From contig VGSZ01000001.1 in NCBI GenBank assembly GCA_016874845.1, positions 4,581 through 68,580 of the forward strand: a DNA stretch of 64,000 bases. The letters run 5' to 3'. The DNA is from Deltaproteobacteria bacterium (GTDB lineage: Bacteria > Myxococcota > UBA727 > VGSZ01). The notes under the pieces were generated by a model. The model was not told the DNA's origin. It did no database searches and was given only the letters and a program-made list of their open reading frames with translations. This document shows positions 35,462-44,944 of this stretch, in pieces; position 1 is the stretch's first letter, and each line of letters opens with the position of its first letter. Both the position numbers and the translations under genes were made by a program.

Positions 35462-36499
35462 ATGAGCCGTCATCCCCACGACCTGCGCTTCTCGTCTCCG
35501 GCCGTCGAGCGGGCCCGCGCCCGCCGCGAGGAGCAGGAGCGCGCCCGCGCCCACGGCAGCAGCGGCCGCGTGCGCGGCGAGCGCGTCGACCTGGCGGTGC
35601 TGCTCGACGACATCGGCGATGGGCAGATCATCGAGGTCAAGGAGCAGCTGCCAAAGGCGTGGGTGGGCGCGCTGGTCGATGACAAGCAAGAGGTGCACTG
35701 GACCGCTGGCGGCGACGCCGACGTCGACGTCACCCTCGAGCGCGAGGCGGCGTTCGTGCGCATGCAGGGCAAGGCGCGCTTCGCGCTGGTGCACCCGTGC
35801 GTGCGCTGTGGCCAGCGCGACGTGCCCTTCGACGTGCCGCTGAAGGTCGACCTGCGCCTCGTCGAGCGCGCGCCGGTGACCCACGCCGACCACGTCGACG
35901 CCGACTACGCCGCCCACGACGACGGCGACGACCACGCCGGCAGCCTGCTGGGTGACGCCGCCGACCTCGAAGACCTTGACGTCGCCAGCTACTCGGGTGA
36001 CGCCGTCGCCGTCGACCAGGTGCTGCGCGAGCAGCTGTTCCTTGAGCTGCCGGCCCACCCGCACTGCAAGTCCGCCGGCGCCTGCCTGAAGGAGCGGTGC
36101 GGCCTCGACGAGCAGCAGGCGGCGCTGGCCGCCGAGCAGTCGCGCTTCGTCGATCCGCGCTGGGCCGGCGCGCTGCAGCAGCTGAAGCAGACGCTCGACC
36201 TGCCCGCCGCTGCGCCGCCTCCGCTCACCGATGACGTCGTTGCCGACGCGCTCGTGCTGCCGGCGATGCCCGCAGGGATGGCCAAGGCGCCCGGCGGGCG
36301 CACGCCGCCGCCGGCCGCGGCGAAGCAGACCGCGACGAAGAAGACCGCGACGAAGCAGACCGCGGCGAAGCAGACCGCGGCGAAGCAGACCGCGGCGAAG
36401 AAGACCGCGGCGAAGCAGACCGCGGCGAAGAAGACCGCGGCGAAGAAGACCGCGGCGAAGAAGACCGCGGCGAAGAGAACGAAGCCGAGCCGACGCTGA
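35462..36499 (+). CDS. DUF177/YceD-family protein with C-terminal histone-H1-like Lys/Ala repeat tail
   Basis: Cys motifs HPCVRCGQ and HPHCKSAGACLKERCG. Tail (AAKQT/AAKKT)n. Confidence 0.7.
   Translation: MSRHPHDLRFSSPAVERARARREEQERARAHGSSGRVRGERVDLAVLLDDIGDGQIIEVKEQLPKAWVGALVDDKQEVHWTAGGDADVDVTLEREAAFVRMQGKARFALVHPCVRCGQRDVPFDVPLKVDLRLVERAPVTHADHVDADYAAHDDGDDHAGSLLGDAADLEDLDVASYSGDAVAVDQVLREQLFLELPAHPHCKSAGACLKERCGLDEQQAALAAEQSRFVDPRWAGALQQLKQTLDLPAAAPPPLTDDVVADALVLPAMPAGMAKAPGGRTPPPAAAKQTATKKTATKQTAAKQTAAKQTAAKKTAAKQTAAKKTAAKKTAAKKTAAKRTKPSRR
36320..36484 (+). repeat. 15-bp tandem repeat GCGAAG(C/A)AGACCGCG x11 encoding the (AAKQT)n tail
   Basis: Seen directly. Confidence 0.85.
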
Positions 36500-36546
36500 G
36501 GCAGCGGACCCCTCGGGAAGCAACGCGCCCGCCTGGCGGTTGCGCG

Positions 36547-38094
36547 ATGGTGGACACGATGGCGAACGACCCGCACAACCCTGCTCGCCCCGCGGCCCGG
36601 TCCGCGTCCGAGCTGTCGTCGTCATCGACCGCGTCGACCTCCGCGCCCCAGGCGCCGTCTTCACTGGCCGAGGCCCTCGCCGCTGCCGCCGCCCACGCGC
36701 CGACGGTGCCGTCACGGCCGGCGCCGACCGTCGCCGAGCGCGTGGCAGACACGAGGAAGCGCCTCGACGACGTGCTCGGCACCGCGCGTACGTCGATCCC
36801 CGGCTGGGACAACCTCGCCTGGGTCGAGGCGTTCGCCCGCGCCGCCGGCCACGTCAAAGACGCGCTGCCGTCGACGATCGACCCGCTGGAGCGACGGGCG
36901 CTGGCGGCGTGCCTGCTGCGCTTCGTGCCCCCGGCGCTCTTGCCCGACGCCGCCAGCGCCTCGACGCCGCCGTCCTCGCGGGCCCCGTCGCCGGCGCGCG
37001 ACCTGGCCGGCGCCCTCCGGCTGCCCGCCGACGTCGCCGCCCGCGTCGACGACGACTTCGCCTTCGCCGACGGCGACGCCCCCGTCGTGCACCCGTCGTG
37101 GTCGGCGTTCCTGACCCACGGCGACCTCGTCGACGCCGCGCTGCGTCCCGGTCGCCACGAGCGCCTGCTCGCCCCGCGCAGCCTGTCCCCCGGCGCGGCC
37201 CCCGGCGCGGCGAAGCAGGGTGCGGCGCTGCTCGTCTCCGTCGACGCGGTCAAGGGCGACGTCGCCTCGCTCACGATCCACGGGCCCGCCGGTCCCACCC
37301 AGCGCCGCCAGACCAGCGACGGGCGCGACGCCGGGCCCGCCGAGCTGCGCCTCGACGTGCTGAAGAGCTGGCTGCTCGCCGCCGGCGGCGGCGCGCGCGG
37401 CCTCGACCTGCGCCGCGCCGATGACCGCGCGCTACTGTTGACCTTCGGCTCGACGTTGCGCGCCCGCCGCCTCGACGGCCTGCTCGCCCGCGGCGCCACC
37501 GGCGTCGGCGGCGCCGCCGACCCCGAGCGCCGCGCTGACGTCGTCGAGGCCGTCGTCGACGCCGCCGCCGACGCCGTCGCCTTCGCCACCCTCGACCCCC
37601 ACGCCGTGCGCATCTGCCTGCCCGACAACGACTGGGGCCGGCAGGCGGGCCGCGTCCTCGACGCCACCGGCCTCGTCACCGACGTCACCCCGCGCACGCC
37701 GTCCGCCGGCCGGGCGCGCCGCGAGCTCGTCTGGCTCGACGCCATCGCCGACGGCGGCTTCCTCGGCGGCGCGCTGTCGCAGGTGCAGCAGGCCCGCGCG
37801 TTCGCGCGCCTCACCGTGTCGCTGCTCGCGCCGCTCGGCGCGCTGCCCTGCGTGTCGGCGCGCGACGGCAACGGCGTCCTCGTCACGATCCTGTTCGAGG
37901 ACGAGAGCGGCGGCCGCGCCCGCGGCCCATTCTGGGTCGACCCGAGCAGCGTCGAGGTGCGACTGAATCTGTCGCAGGCGTGGGCGGCGGGCGCCGGCCT
38001 CGCGCTGGCCGAACCGAAGGGTGGCTTCGCCCACGAAGTCGCCGCGCTGCCGGCATGGCTGGGCGCGTTCCTCGACACCATCCAGGCAGGCTGA
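36547..38094 (+). CDS. hypothetical protein (515 aa)
   Basis: Long ATG-initiated ORF with consistently high GC3; no recognisable motifs. Confidence 0.5.
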   Translation: MVDTMANDPHNPARPAARSASELSSSSTASTSAPQAPSSLAEALAAAAAHAPTVPSRPAPTVAERVADTRKRLDDVLGTARTSIPGWDNLAWVEAFARAAGHVKDALPSTIDPLERRALAACLLRFVPPALLPDAASASTPPSSRAPSPARDLAGALRLPADVAARVDDDFAFADGDAPVVHPSWSAFLTHGDLVDAALRPGRHERLLAPRSLSPGAAPGAAKQGAALLVSVDAVKGDVASLTIHGPAGPTQRRQTSDGRDAGPAELRLDVLKSWLLAAGGGARGLDLRRADDRALLLTFGSTLRARRLDGLLARGATGVGGAADPERRADVVEAVVDAAADAVAFATLDPHAVRICLPDNDWGRQAGRVLDATGLVTDVTPRTPSAGRARRELVWLDAIADGGFLGGALSQVQQARAFARLTVSLLAPLGALPCVSARDGNGVLVTILFEDESGGRARGPFWVDPSSVEVRLNLSQAWAAGAGLALAEPKGGFAHEVAALPAWLGAFLDTIQAG

Positions 38095-38096
38095 GC

Positions 38097-38432
38097 ATGC
38101 GCCGCGTCGACTCTCTCGAGCTGAAGAACCGAAGCCGCGGCGACGTCCCGCTGGTGGTCGTCGCCACCCGCCGGCGCGCGCCGGCTTGCGACGACGCCGT
38201 GCGCCACCTGCAGGCCGCCTGCGACGAAATCGGCGTCGAGCTGTGCGGCGTCGACGTCGACGAGCGCGACGCGGCGATGGCCGCGCTGCTCGATGAGTTC
38301 GGCGTCGTCGCCGTCCCGGCGGCGCTGCTCTTTTCTCGCGGGGTGCTCGTCGAGCGCGCCGTCACCGTGCGCGACCTCGCCGCGGCGCGGCGGCTGGTGG
38401 GTCAGGTCGCCGGGGGCGTGCGTGCCCGCTGA
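38097..38432 (+). CDS. small hypothetical protein (111 aa, possibly thioredoxin-like)
   Basis: ATG 2 nt after the upstream stop. A CxxC-like pair ACDDAVRHLQAAC. Confidence 0.35.
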   Translation: MRRVDSLELKNRSRGDVPLVVVATRRRAPACDDAVRHLQAACDEIGVELCGVDVDERDAAMAALLDEFGVVAVPAALLFSRGVLVERAVTVRDLAAARRLVGQVAGGVRAR

Positions 38433-38544
38433 GAGTCTGACGGAAAAATTGGCTGCGACCTCGTCGCCGTTCGTCGCCGCTCGCTCACGGACGTCGCGTA
38501 CACCCGCTTCGCTCCTCGACCGACGCCTCGTCTCGCTCGATGCT

Positions 38545-39813
38545 TTGTCAGACCCTGAGCGTCTGACGGCCGGTCGTCGTCGTCATCGCCGTCGTCGCGG
38601 GCCGGGGCTCGTCGCCGCCACGGCGCTCGGGCTGGCCGTGCTGTCGAGCGCGGCGACCTGCACGCAGGACCTGCCGCGGCGCGTGCCGCTGGTCGTGCCG
38701 GGTCACGGCGCCTTCACGCTCCCCGACCGCGCCCTCTGCGACGACGCGCAGGCCGACGCTGTCGACGTCGCCGCCGTCGACGTCGACGAAGCGCCGGCGC
38801 TGCGCGAGCTCAGCGGGCTGGCCGCCAGCTACGAGAACCCGTCGCTCCTGTGGGCCGTCGCCGACAGCGGCAACCCCGCCGTCGTCTGGGGCGTCGACGA
38901 GGACAGCGGCCGCGTCGTCGTCGCCGCCACGCTGCCGGTCGACAACGTCGACTGGGAGGACGTTGCCGTGGGGCCGTGCCCTGACCTGTCGGGCCCGTGC
39001 GTGTTCGTCGCCGACACCGGCGACAACGACGGCGACCGCGACGCCGTCGTCGTCCATGCCTTCCCCGAGCCGAAGCTCGCCGCCACGCTGCAGGCGACGA
39101 CGACGACGGGGGCGCCGGCGACGGTGAAGTCGACCACGGCGACGGCGCGGGTGAGCCTGGATGCGGTGTGGACGATGCCGCTGGCGTTCCCCGAGGGCGC
39201 CCGCGGCGTCGACGTCGAGGCGCTGGCGGTCCTGCCCGACGCCACCGCGCTCTTGCTGTTCGAGAAGACCGAGGACGACGTCGCGCGCATCTTCGCCTAC
39301 CGCGCACCGTGGACGCCGCTGTCGGCCGACGACGTCGGTGCGCCGGCGCCGCGGCTGTTGGAGCAGGTCGGCACGGTGGCGGTAGCGCCGGCGGTCGCGG
39401 TCGCCGACGGCATCGCCGCCGGCGCCATCGGCGGCACGGCCCGGGCGCGGGCGCGGCGCATCACCGGGGCGTCGTTGCACTGGTCGGGGCGGCGGCTGTT
39501 GTTGCGCACGACGGGCGGCGTGCTCGAGTACGGCGCTGACGATGCCAGCGCGTTCTTCGATCTGGCGGGCCTGCCGCCGCGCGCGTCGTGGCCGAGCCCG
39601 CCGGGCGAAGGTCAGGGCGAGGCGGTGGCCTTCGACGCCACGGGCACGGCGGTGTGGACGGCGAGCGAGGTGAAGGGCGACGACGCGCCGGTGCTGCACC
39701 GGGCGGCGTGCGCGGGGGCCGTGACGCCGCCGGCCCCGGCGGTGGCGCCGGTGACGACGACGACGTTGCCGCCGTCGTCGCCGTCGTCGGGAGCGACGCC
39801 GCCTACGCGGTAG
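38545..39813 (+). CDS. hypothetical secreted protein with Tat-like signal (RRRHRRRR plus hydrophobic stretch)
   Basis: Body of ORF 38293..39813. Start tentatively a TTG at 38545. Motifs LWAVADSGNPAVVWGVDEDSGRVV and VDWEDVAVGPCPD. Confidence 0.45.
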   Translation: MSDPERLTAGRRRHRRRRGPGLVAATALGLAVLSSAATCTQDLPRRVPLVVPGHGAFTLPDRALCDDAQADAVDVAAVDVDEAPALRELSGLAASYENPSLLWAVADSGNPAVVWGVDEDSGRVVVAATLPVDNVDWEDVAVGPCPDLSGPCVFVADTGDNDGDRDAVVVHAFPEPKLAATLQATTTTGAPATVKSTTATARVSLDAVWTMPLAFPEGARGVDVEALAVLPDATALLLFEKTEDDVARIFAYRAPWTPLSADDVGAPAPRLLEQVGTVAVAPAVAVADGIAAGAIGGTARARARRITGASLHWSGRRLLLRTTGGVLEYGADDASAFFDLAGLPPRASWPSPPGEGQGEAVAFDATGTAVWTASEVKGDDAPVLHRAACAGAVTPPAPAVAPVTTTTLPPSSPSSGATPPTR

Positions 39814-39923
39814 CGCCGAGCACGATCGCCGCTGGCGACGGCCTCGAGGCCGCTCCGGGTCACCCGGGCGACCGCTCTTCCGTCAGGCTTTCACGCCGCT
39901 CGCACGCCGCCCGCACGCCGGGC

Positions 39924-41132
39924 TCAGGCCCAGGGGAAGGGCCCGCGGGTCAGGTCGCGGGTCATGTTTTTCTGGTGGGCCTCGATGGTGCCGCCGCCGA
40001 TCTCGAGCAGCTTGGCGTCACGCCACAGCCGCTCGACGACGTACTCGCCGACGTAGCCGTAGCCGCCGAGCACCTGCATCGCGCGGTCGGCCACGACCTT
40101 GCCCATCGTGCTCGCCACCAGCTTGACGCCGTCGCTGTCGAGGCGGTTGCCGTAGGCGTCCAGCGGCATGCGGCGGGCGGTGTCGTAGACGTAGGCGCGG
40201 CAGGCCATGTACTCGGCGTAGCTCTCGGCGATGTGGCGCTGGATCTGGCCAAACTCGTTCAGCGGCTTGCCGAACGCCTTGCGGTCGTTGGCATACGACA
40301 CCATCACCTCGATGCTGCGCCGCGCGATGCCGAGCGACATCGCTGCCAGCGTCACGCGCTCCAGCGCGAGGTTGCGCATCATGCACTTGATGGCGCCGCC
40401 TTGCTCGCCAACGAGGTTGTCCGCCGGAACGCGCGCGTCCTCGAGCACCATCTCGGCGGTGTTGCTGCCGCGCATGCCGGCCTTGTCGTGGATCTTCTGG
40501 CCGACGCCGAAGCCGGGCGTGCCGCGCTGAACGACGAAGCTCGTGATCTCGGGCCGCGCGTCGCTGCCGCCCGTGCGCGCGTAGAAGAGCATCACGTCGC
40601 AGGGCGTGCGCTCGTCGTCGACGGCGCCGTTCGTGATCCACATCTTGCGGCCGTTCACCACCCAGTGGTCGCCGTCCTTCTTGGCCGTCGTCCTCAGGCC
40701 GAGAACGTCGGTGCCCACCGCCGGCTCGCTCATGCCCATCGCGCCGATGGCCTCGCCGGTGAGCAGCTTCGGCAGCCAGCGCCGCTTCTGCTCGTCAGTG
40801 GCGTTCACCGCGAGGTTGTTCACGCACAACATCGAGTGGGCCAGATAGGCAAGGGCGAAGCCCGGGTCGCAGGCGCTCAGCTCCTCGTGCACGATCACCG
40901 CGGCGGTGGCGTCCATGCCCGCGCCGCCGTCCTTCTCGGTGACGGTGACGCCGAGGAGCCCGAGCTCGCCGACCTTCTCGAACAGCCGGCGGTTGAAGCG
41001 CTCGTGGCGGTCATGCTCCAGCGCCTGCGGCTCGACCTCATCGCGTGCAAAGGCGCGCACCTGATCGCGCAGCATCTTGTGCTCTTCGGTGGGGACCGCG
41101 AGGTCGAACGACGACAAGGAAACGCTGGTCAT
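39924..41132 (-). CDS. acyl-CoA dehydrogenase (isovaleryl-CoA dehydrogenase-like)
   Basis: Full-length ACAD with motifs GMSEPAVGTDV, ERLWRDAKLLEIGGGT and QIQRHIAESYAEYMA. Confidence 0.9.
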   Translation of the reverse strand: MTSVSLSSFDLAVPTEEHKMLRDQVRAFARDEVEPQALEHDRHERFNRRLFEKVGELGLLGVTVTEKDGGAGMDATAAVIVHEELSACDPGFALAYLAHSMLCVNNLAVNATDEQKRRWLPKLLTGEAIGAMGMSEPAVGTDVLGLRTTAKKDGDHWVVNGRKMWITNGAVDDERTPCDVMLFYARTGGSDARPEITSFVVQRGTPGFGVGQKIHDKAGMRGSNTAEMVLEDARVPADNLVGEQGGAIKCMMRNLALERVTLAAMSLGIARRSIEVMVSYANDRKAFGKPLNEFGQIQRHIAESYAEYMACRAYVYDTARRMPLDAYGNRLDSDGVKLVASTMGKVVADRAMQVLGGYGYVGEYVVERLWRDAKLLEIGGGTIEAHQKNMTRDLTRGPFPWA

Positions 41133-41238
41133 ATCCGCGTCCTAGCAGCTTCGACCCCGCCCGAGCACGCGACGCCCTTTGTCCGGATCCTTCGGCCACC
41201 ACCCTGCCAATCCCCGACATCTTTGACATGATCGACCC

Positions 41239-42234
41239 ATGCAGCGTGACCTTCGCCCTTGGCTCGCCTATGTCGCTGTCACCAGCGTCCTCGGCGCCTG
41301 CGCCGTCGTCGCCGCCGTGCGCGGCCCGGCGGCCGTGGCCCCGTCGTCGCCCGACCGCACGACCGCCGCCCTGACCACCAGCGCGCAAGCGCGAGCCGCC
41401 GCTGACGACGACAGCATGGTCGACCGCGCCGCCGACCGCGCCGCCGACCGCGCCGCCGCCGAGGTCCTGCGCGGCCTGTGGTCGCTGCACCCCGAGGCCG
41501 ACGGCCGCGACGACGCGCCGGTGTCATTCTATTATTTTCACGAGGGTGATATCGGTCTTTACCGATATGGTCATGTCGCTTATAATTCGACGAACAGCTA
41601 TCACTGGGCGGTCCGCGGCGACGCCCTCGAGCTGCGCTGGAACAAGACCGGCGCGGTGACCCGGATCGCCTACCGCATCGACCGTTCGGGGGCCCGTCCG
41701 GTGCTCGTGCTCGATGACGACCCCAAGCACCCCGGGCAGCCGGCCACGCGCTACACTCTGGTGCCGGCCCGCGACGCTGCGGCGCGCGCCCCCGACCTGC
41801 TCGACGCCACGCGGGTGCTCTCGGTCTCGGCGAATCATTCAGCGATGGATCGCATCGATAACCGGCTGTGGATCGACCTGCAGAAGTACGCCACCGGCGG
41901 CATCGGCTTCTCGCTGTGGCAGCTGCGTGCGCAGGGCATCGATGGCCGCGGCACCGGCTGGCACCATGTGGGCGACTTCGACGACTGGTCGACGGAGCAG
42001 CTGACGTACCGGACGACCGCGTCGTCGTCGTCGGCGGCGGCGGCGGCGGGTAGCGTCGAGCTGTGGTTCGCCTGGCGCAAGGAGCGGGCGACGACGACTT
42101 GGTTGGTGCGGCGCGATGGCGACGCGCGGCTGCTGCGGCTGACCACCGATCCGCGTGACTTCGGCGTGGTGCACGACTACCTCGACGCCGGACCGTCGTT
42201 CGCCGGCTTCGGGTTGTCGGCGGACAGCGACTGA
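41239..42234 (+). CDS. hypothetical lipoprotein
   Basis: Signal peptide with lipobox VLGAC. Contains an unusual AT-rich rare-codon patch at 41521-41605. Confidence 0.55.
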   Translation: MQRDLRPWLAYVAVTSVLGACAVVAAVRGPAAVAPSSPDRTTAALTTSAQARAAADDDSMVDRAADRAADRAAAEVLRGLWSLHPEADGRDDAPVSFYYFHEGDIGLYRYGHVAYNSTNSYHWAVRGDALELRWNKTGAVTRIAYRIDRSGARPVLVLDDDPKHPGQPATRYTLVPARDAAARAPDLLDATRVLSVSANHSAMDRIDNRLWIDLQKYATGGIGFSLWQLRAQGIDGRGTGWHHVGDFDDWSTEQLTYRTTASSSSAAAAAGSVELWFAWRKERATTTWLVRRDGDARLLRLTTDPRDFGVVHDYLDAGPSFAGFGLSADSD

Positions 42235-42238
42235 TCTT

Positions 42239-43318
42239 ATGCAGGAGCTGCCCATGGCCCGCGCCCTCCGTTCGTTGCTTGGCGCCACCACGCTGTCGCT
42301 GGCGGCGGTGACATCGTCGTCGGCCTGCCTGCCCGAGCCGGCGCCGCCGGTCGAGGACCAGATCGGCGGCGTCGAGCCCTTGACCCTCGAGCAGGGCTGG
42401 AGCCTGCACATCCCGCCCTTCGCGGTGCCGCCCGGCGTCGAGGTGCAGGACTGCTACTTCTTCGCCTTCCCCGACCTGAACGGCGACGGCAGCGACGTCT
42501 GGATCGATCGCTTCAAGATGGGCCAGCGCACCGGCAGCCACCACATGAACGTGTTCCGCGTGAACACCATCGTGAACCTCGACGGGCGCGACGGCGACGT
42601 CGTGCAGGGCGGCGAGTGCCGCATCTCGACCAACTGGGCCGACTGGCCGCTGGTGATGAACTCGCAGGATTCGCTGCCCGACAAGCCCGCCGTCGACTGG
42701 CAGCTGCCCGACGGCGTCGCCCAGAAGTTCACCCCCGGCGAGCTGTTGATGGTGCAGTCGCACTACGTGAACGCCGACCTGCAGCGGACGCCCCATGGCG
42801 GCGAGGTGCGGATCAATTTCTACAAGTCCGCCGTCGCCGAGCCCATGGAGATGGGCTCGCTGTTCGCGACCCAGCAGTCGATCCGCATCTGCGAGAGCCG
42901 CCCGCAGGTCAGCTTCGACGGCGCCTGCGCGTTCTCATCGACGACGCCCGGCCAGACCTTCCACATCGCGGCGATGAACGGCCACTTCCACAGCCGCGGC
43001 ACGCGCTTCCGCATGTACCCGTGGGACGGCGGCATCGACCACCCCGGCGAAGACACGCGGATGTACGAGTCGACAGCGTGGGACGAGCCGCCCATGGCCA
43101 TCGGCCTGAACGTCGTGGTGCCCGAGAACGGCGGCGTCTGGTGGACCTGCGACTACCAGTGGCGCGCTCCCGTCGGCGGCTGCCGCGAGGTCGACGAGCG
43201 CGACCCCGAGCAGGCCGACGACTGCTGCTACACGTTCGGCACCAGCGCCGAGCATAGCGAGCACTGCAACGCCTTCGTTTACTACTGGCCGAAGACCGAG
43301 AACGTCTTCTGCAACTGA
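42239..43318 (+). CDS. lipoprotein resembling copper type-II ascorbate-dependent monooxygenase (PHM/DBH-like) fold; tentative
   Basis: Lipobox SSSAC. Candidate CuH HH pair GSHHMNVF plus QSHYVN. Candidate CuM HxH NGHFHSRG plus downstream Met. Confidence 0.45.
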   Translation: MQELPMARALRSLLGATTLSLAAVTSSSACLPEPAPPVEDQIGGVEPLTLEQGWSLHIPPFAVPPGVEVQDCYFFAFPDLNGDGSDVWIDRFKMGQRTGSHHMNVFRVNTIVNLDGRDGDVVQGGECRISTNWADWPLVMNSQDSLPDKPAVDWQLPDGVAQKFTPGELLMVQSHYVNADLQRTPHGGEVRINFYKSAVAEPMEMGSLFATQQSIRICESRPQVSFDGACAFSSTTPGQTFHIAAMNGHFHSRGTRFRMYPWDGGIDHPGEDTRMYESTAWDEPPMAIGLNVVVPENGGVWWTCDYQWRAPVGGCREVDERDPEQADDCCYTFGTSAEHSEHCNAFVYYWPKTENVFCN

Positions 43319-43352
43319 CGGCCCCGCGGCCGTCGTCGTCGTCGAGGCTTCC

Positions 43353-44114
43353 GTGAAGCGCATGTCGTGGTCGTCGCCGGCTTGCCCGGTCGTGTTGCTC
43401 CTCGCGGCCGTCGTCGGCGTCGGCGGCGTCGCCTGCGAGCCCGAACCGCCCGAGCCCGCCGAGGGCGAAGGCGAGGGCGAGCCCTGCTTCTTCGGCGACC
43501 CCGCGCTGCCCCCCGAGGGCGAGCTCGTCTGGCGCACCCTCGACGGGCGCATGGAGCCGTTTGTCGAAGGACAAACGCTCCCCCTGATCCTGCCCCCCCA
43601 GGGCGGCAAGGTCGTCATGATCGGCGCCCGCGTGCGCCACATGGGCTGCACCATCGCCCTGCGCGCCGGCGCCTTCGACGACTGCAAGGGCGTGTTCCTC
43701 GGCATCGACGGCCGCCCGCTGCAGCTGGAATGGAACGAGGCCTCGGGCTGGGCCGAGCCCGCCTTCCCCGAGACGCTGAACAACTACGGCAACGTCGCCA
43801 TGTGCTTCAACAACAACAGCGGGCGCGACACCAACGACGAAGAGTACCGCTTCGAGGTCCGCGTCACCGACATCGACGACGACCGCCGCGCGCTGGTGCT
43901 GACGGGCCGCGCCACCCCCGTGTGCGCCGAGCCCGACTTCGCCGACGACTGCGACTGCGAGTGCGACGTGCAGTTCTCCTTCGACCGCTCCTGCGACGAG
44001 ACCCGCGTCGACCCCGACGTCCCCACGGGCACCTGCCTTGAGGGCGACGCCGCCGAGGGCGAGGGCGAGGGCGAGGGCGAAGGCGAGGGCGAAGGCGAAG
44101 GCGAAGGCGGGTGA
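43353..44114 (+). CDS. hypothetical lipoprotein with (Gly-Glu)n linkers at both ends
   Basis: Lipobox GGVAC followed by EPEPPEPAEGEGEGE. C-terminal AEGEGEGEGEGEGEGEGG. Confidence 0.55.
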   Translation: MKRMSWSSPACPVVLLLAAVVGVGGVACEPEPPEPAEGEGEGEPCFFGDPALPPEGELVWRTLDGRMEPFVEGQTLPLILPPQGGKVVMIGARVRHMGCTIALRAGAFDDCKGVFLGIDGRPLQLEWNEASGWAEPAFPETLNNYGNVAMCFNNNSGRDTNDEEYRFEVRVTDIDDDRRALVLTGRATPVCAEPDFADDCDCECDVQFSFDRSCDETRVDPDVPTGTCLEGDAAEGEGEGEGEGEGEGEGEGG

Positions 44115-44187
44115 CCCGTCCTGCCGACGATGGCGAAGGCGGCTGACCCGCCTGACGACGACGACGAAGGCGGCCTATGCTGCTGCC

Positions 44188-44943
44188 ATGGCGCGCCGCC
44201 CCGTCGTCCTTGTCACCCCCGACCTCGACGTCCGCACCAACCACCGCGGGCCCGTCGGCTACCTGCAGGTGCAGCGCTACTACACCGACCGCATCCTCGA
44301 CGAGGGCGGCCTGCCGCTGCTCGCCCCGCCGGTGCAGCACCTGCCCGACGCCCACGCCGTCGCCCGGCAGCTCGTCGACCGCGCCGACGCCCTCGTGATC
44401 TCCGGCGGCGGCCACGACGTCGACCCCGCGCACTACGGCGAGGCGCGCCTGCCCGCCTGCGGCGACGCCATGCCCGAGCGCACCGACTTCGAGCTGCTGC
44501 TGCTGTCCCTCGCCGAGCAGCGCGGCCTGCCCGTGCTCGGCGTCTGCGGCGGCCTGCAGGTGCTGAACGTCGCCCGCGGCGGCACGCTGTACCAGGACCT
44601 GCCCACGCAGCGGCCCGGCCCCGTCGCCCACACGATGATGGGACCAAAGACCCGCACCTGCCACGACGTCATCGTCGTCGACGACACGCGCCTGTCGTCC
44701 ATCGTCGGCGCCGGCCGCGTGGCCGTGAACTCGACCCACCACCAGGCCGTCAAGGCGCTTGGCCGCGGGCTCGTCGCCAGCGCCCACGCCGACGACGGCA
44801 TCGTCGAGGCCATCGAGGACCCGCAGCACCCCTTCTTCGTCGGCGTGCAGTGGCACCCCGAGGCCGTCGACGAGGCGGCCCATCGGTCGATCTACCGAGC
44901 ACTTTGTAAGGCCGCCGCCACACGCATCGGGGATACTCCCTGA
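44188..44943 (+). CDS. gamma-glutamyl-GABA hydrolase-like peptidase C26 / class-I glutamine amidotransferase
   Basis: Motifs GVCGGLQVLNVA, HHQAV and GVQWHPE. Confidence 0.8.
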   Translation: MARRPVVLVTPDLDVRTNHRGPVGYLQVQRYYTDRILDEGGLPLLAPPVQHLPDAHAVARQLVDRADALVISGGGHDVDPAHYGEARLPACGDAMPERTDFELLLLSLAEQRGLPVLGVCGGLQVLNVARGGTLYQDLPTQRPGPVAHTMMGPKTRTCHDVIVVDDTRLSSIVGAGRVAVNSTHHQAVKALGRGLVASAHADDGIVEAIEDPQHPFFVGVQWHPEAVDEAAHRSIYRALCKAAATRIGDTP

Positions 44944-44944
44944 T

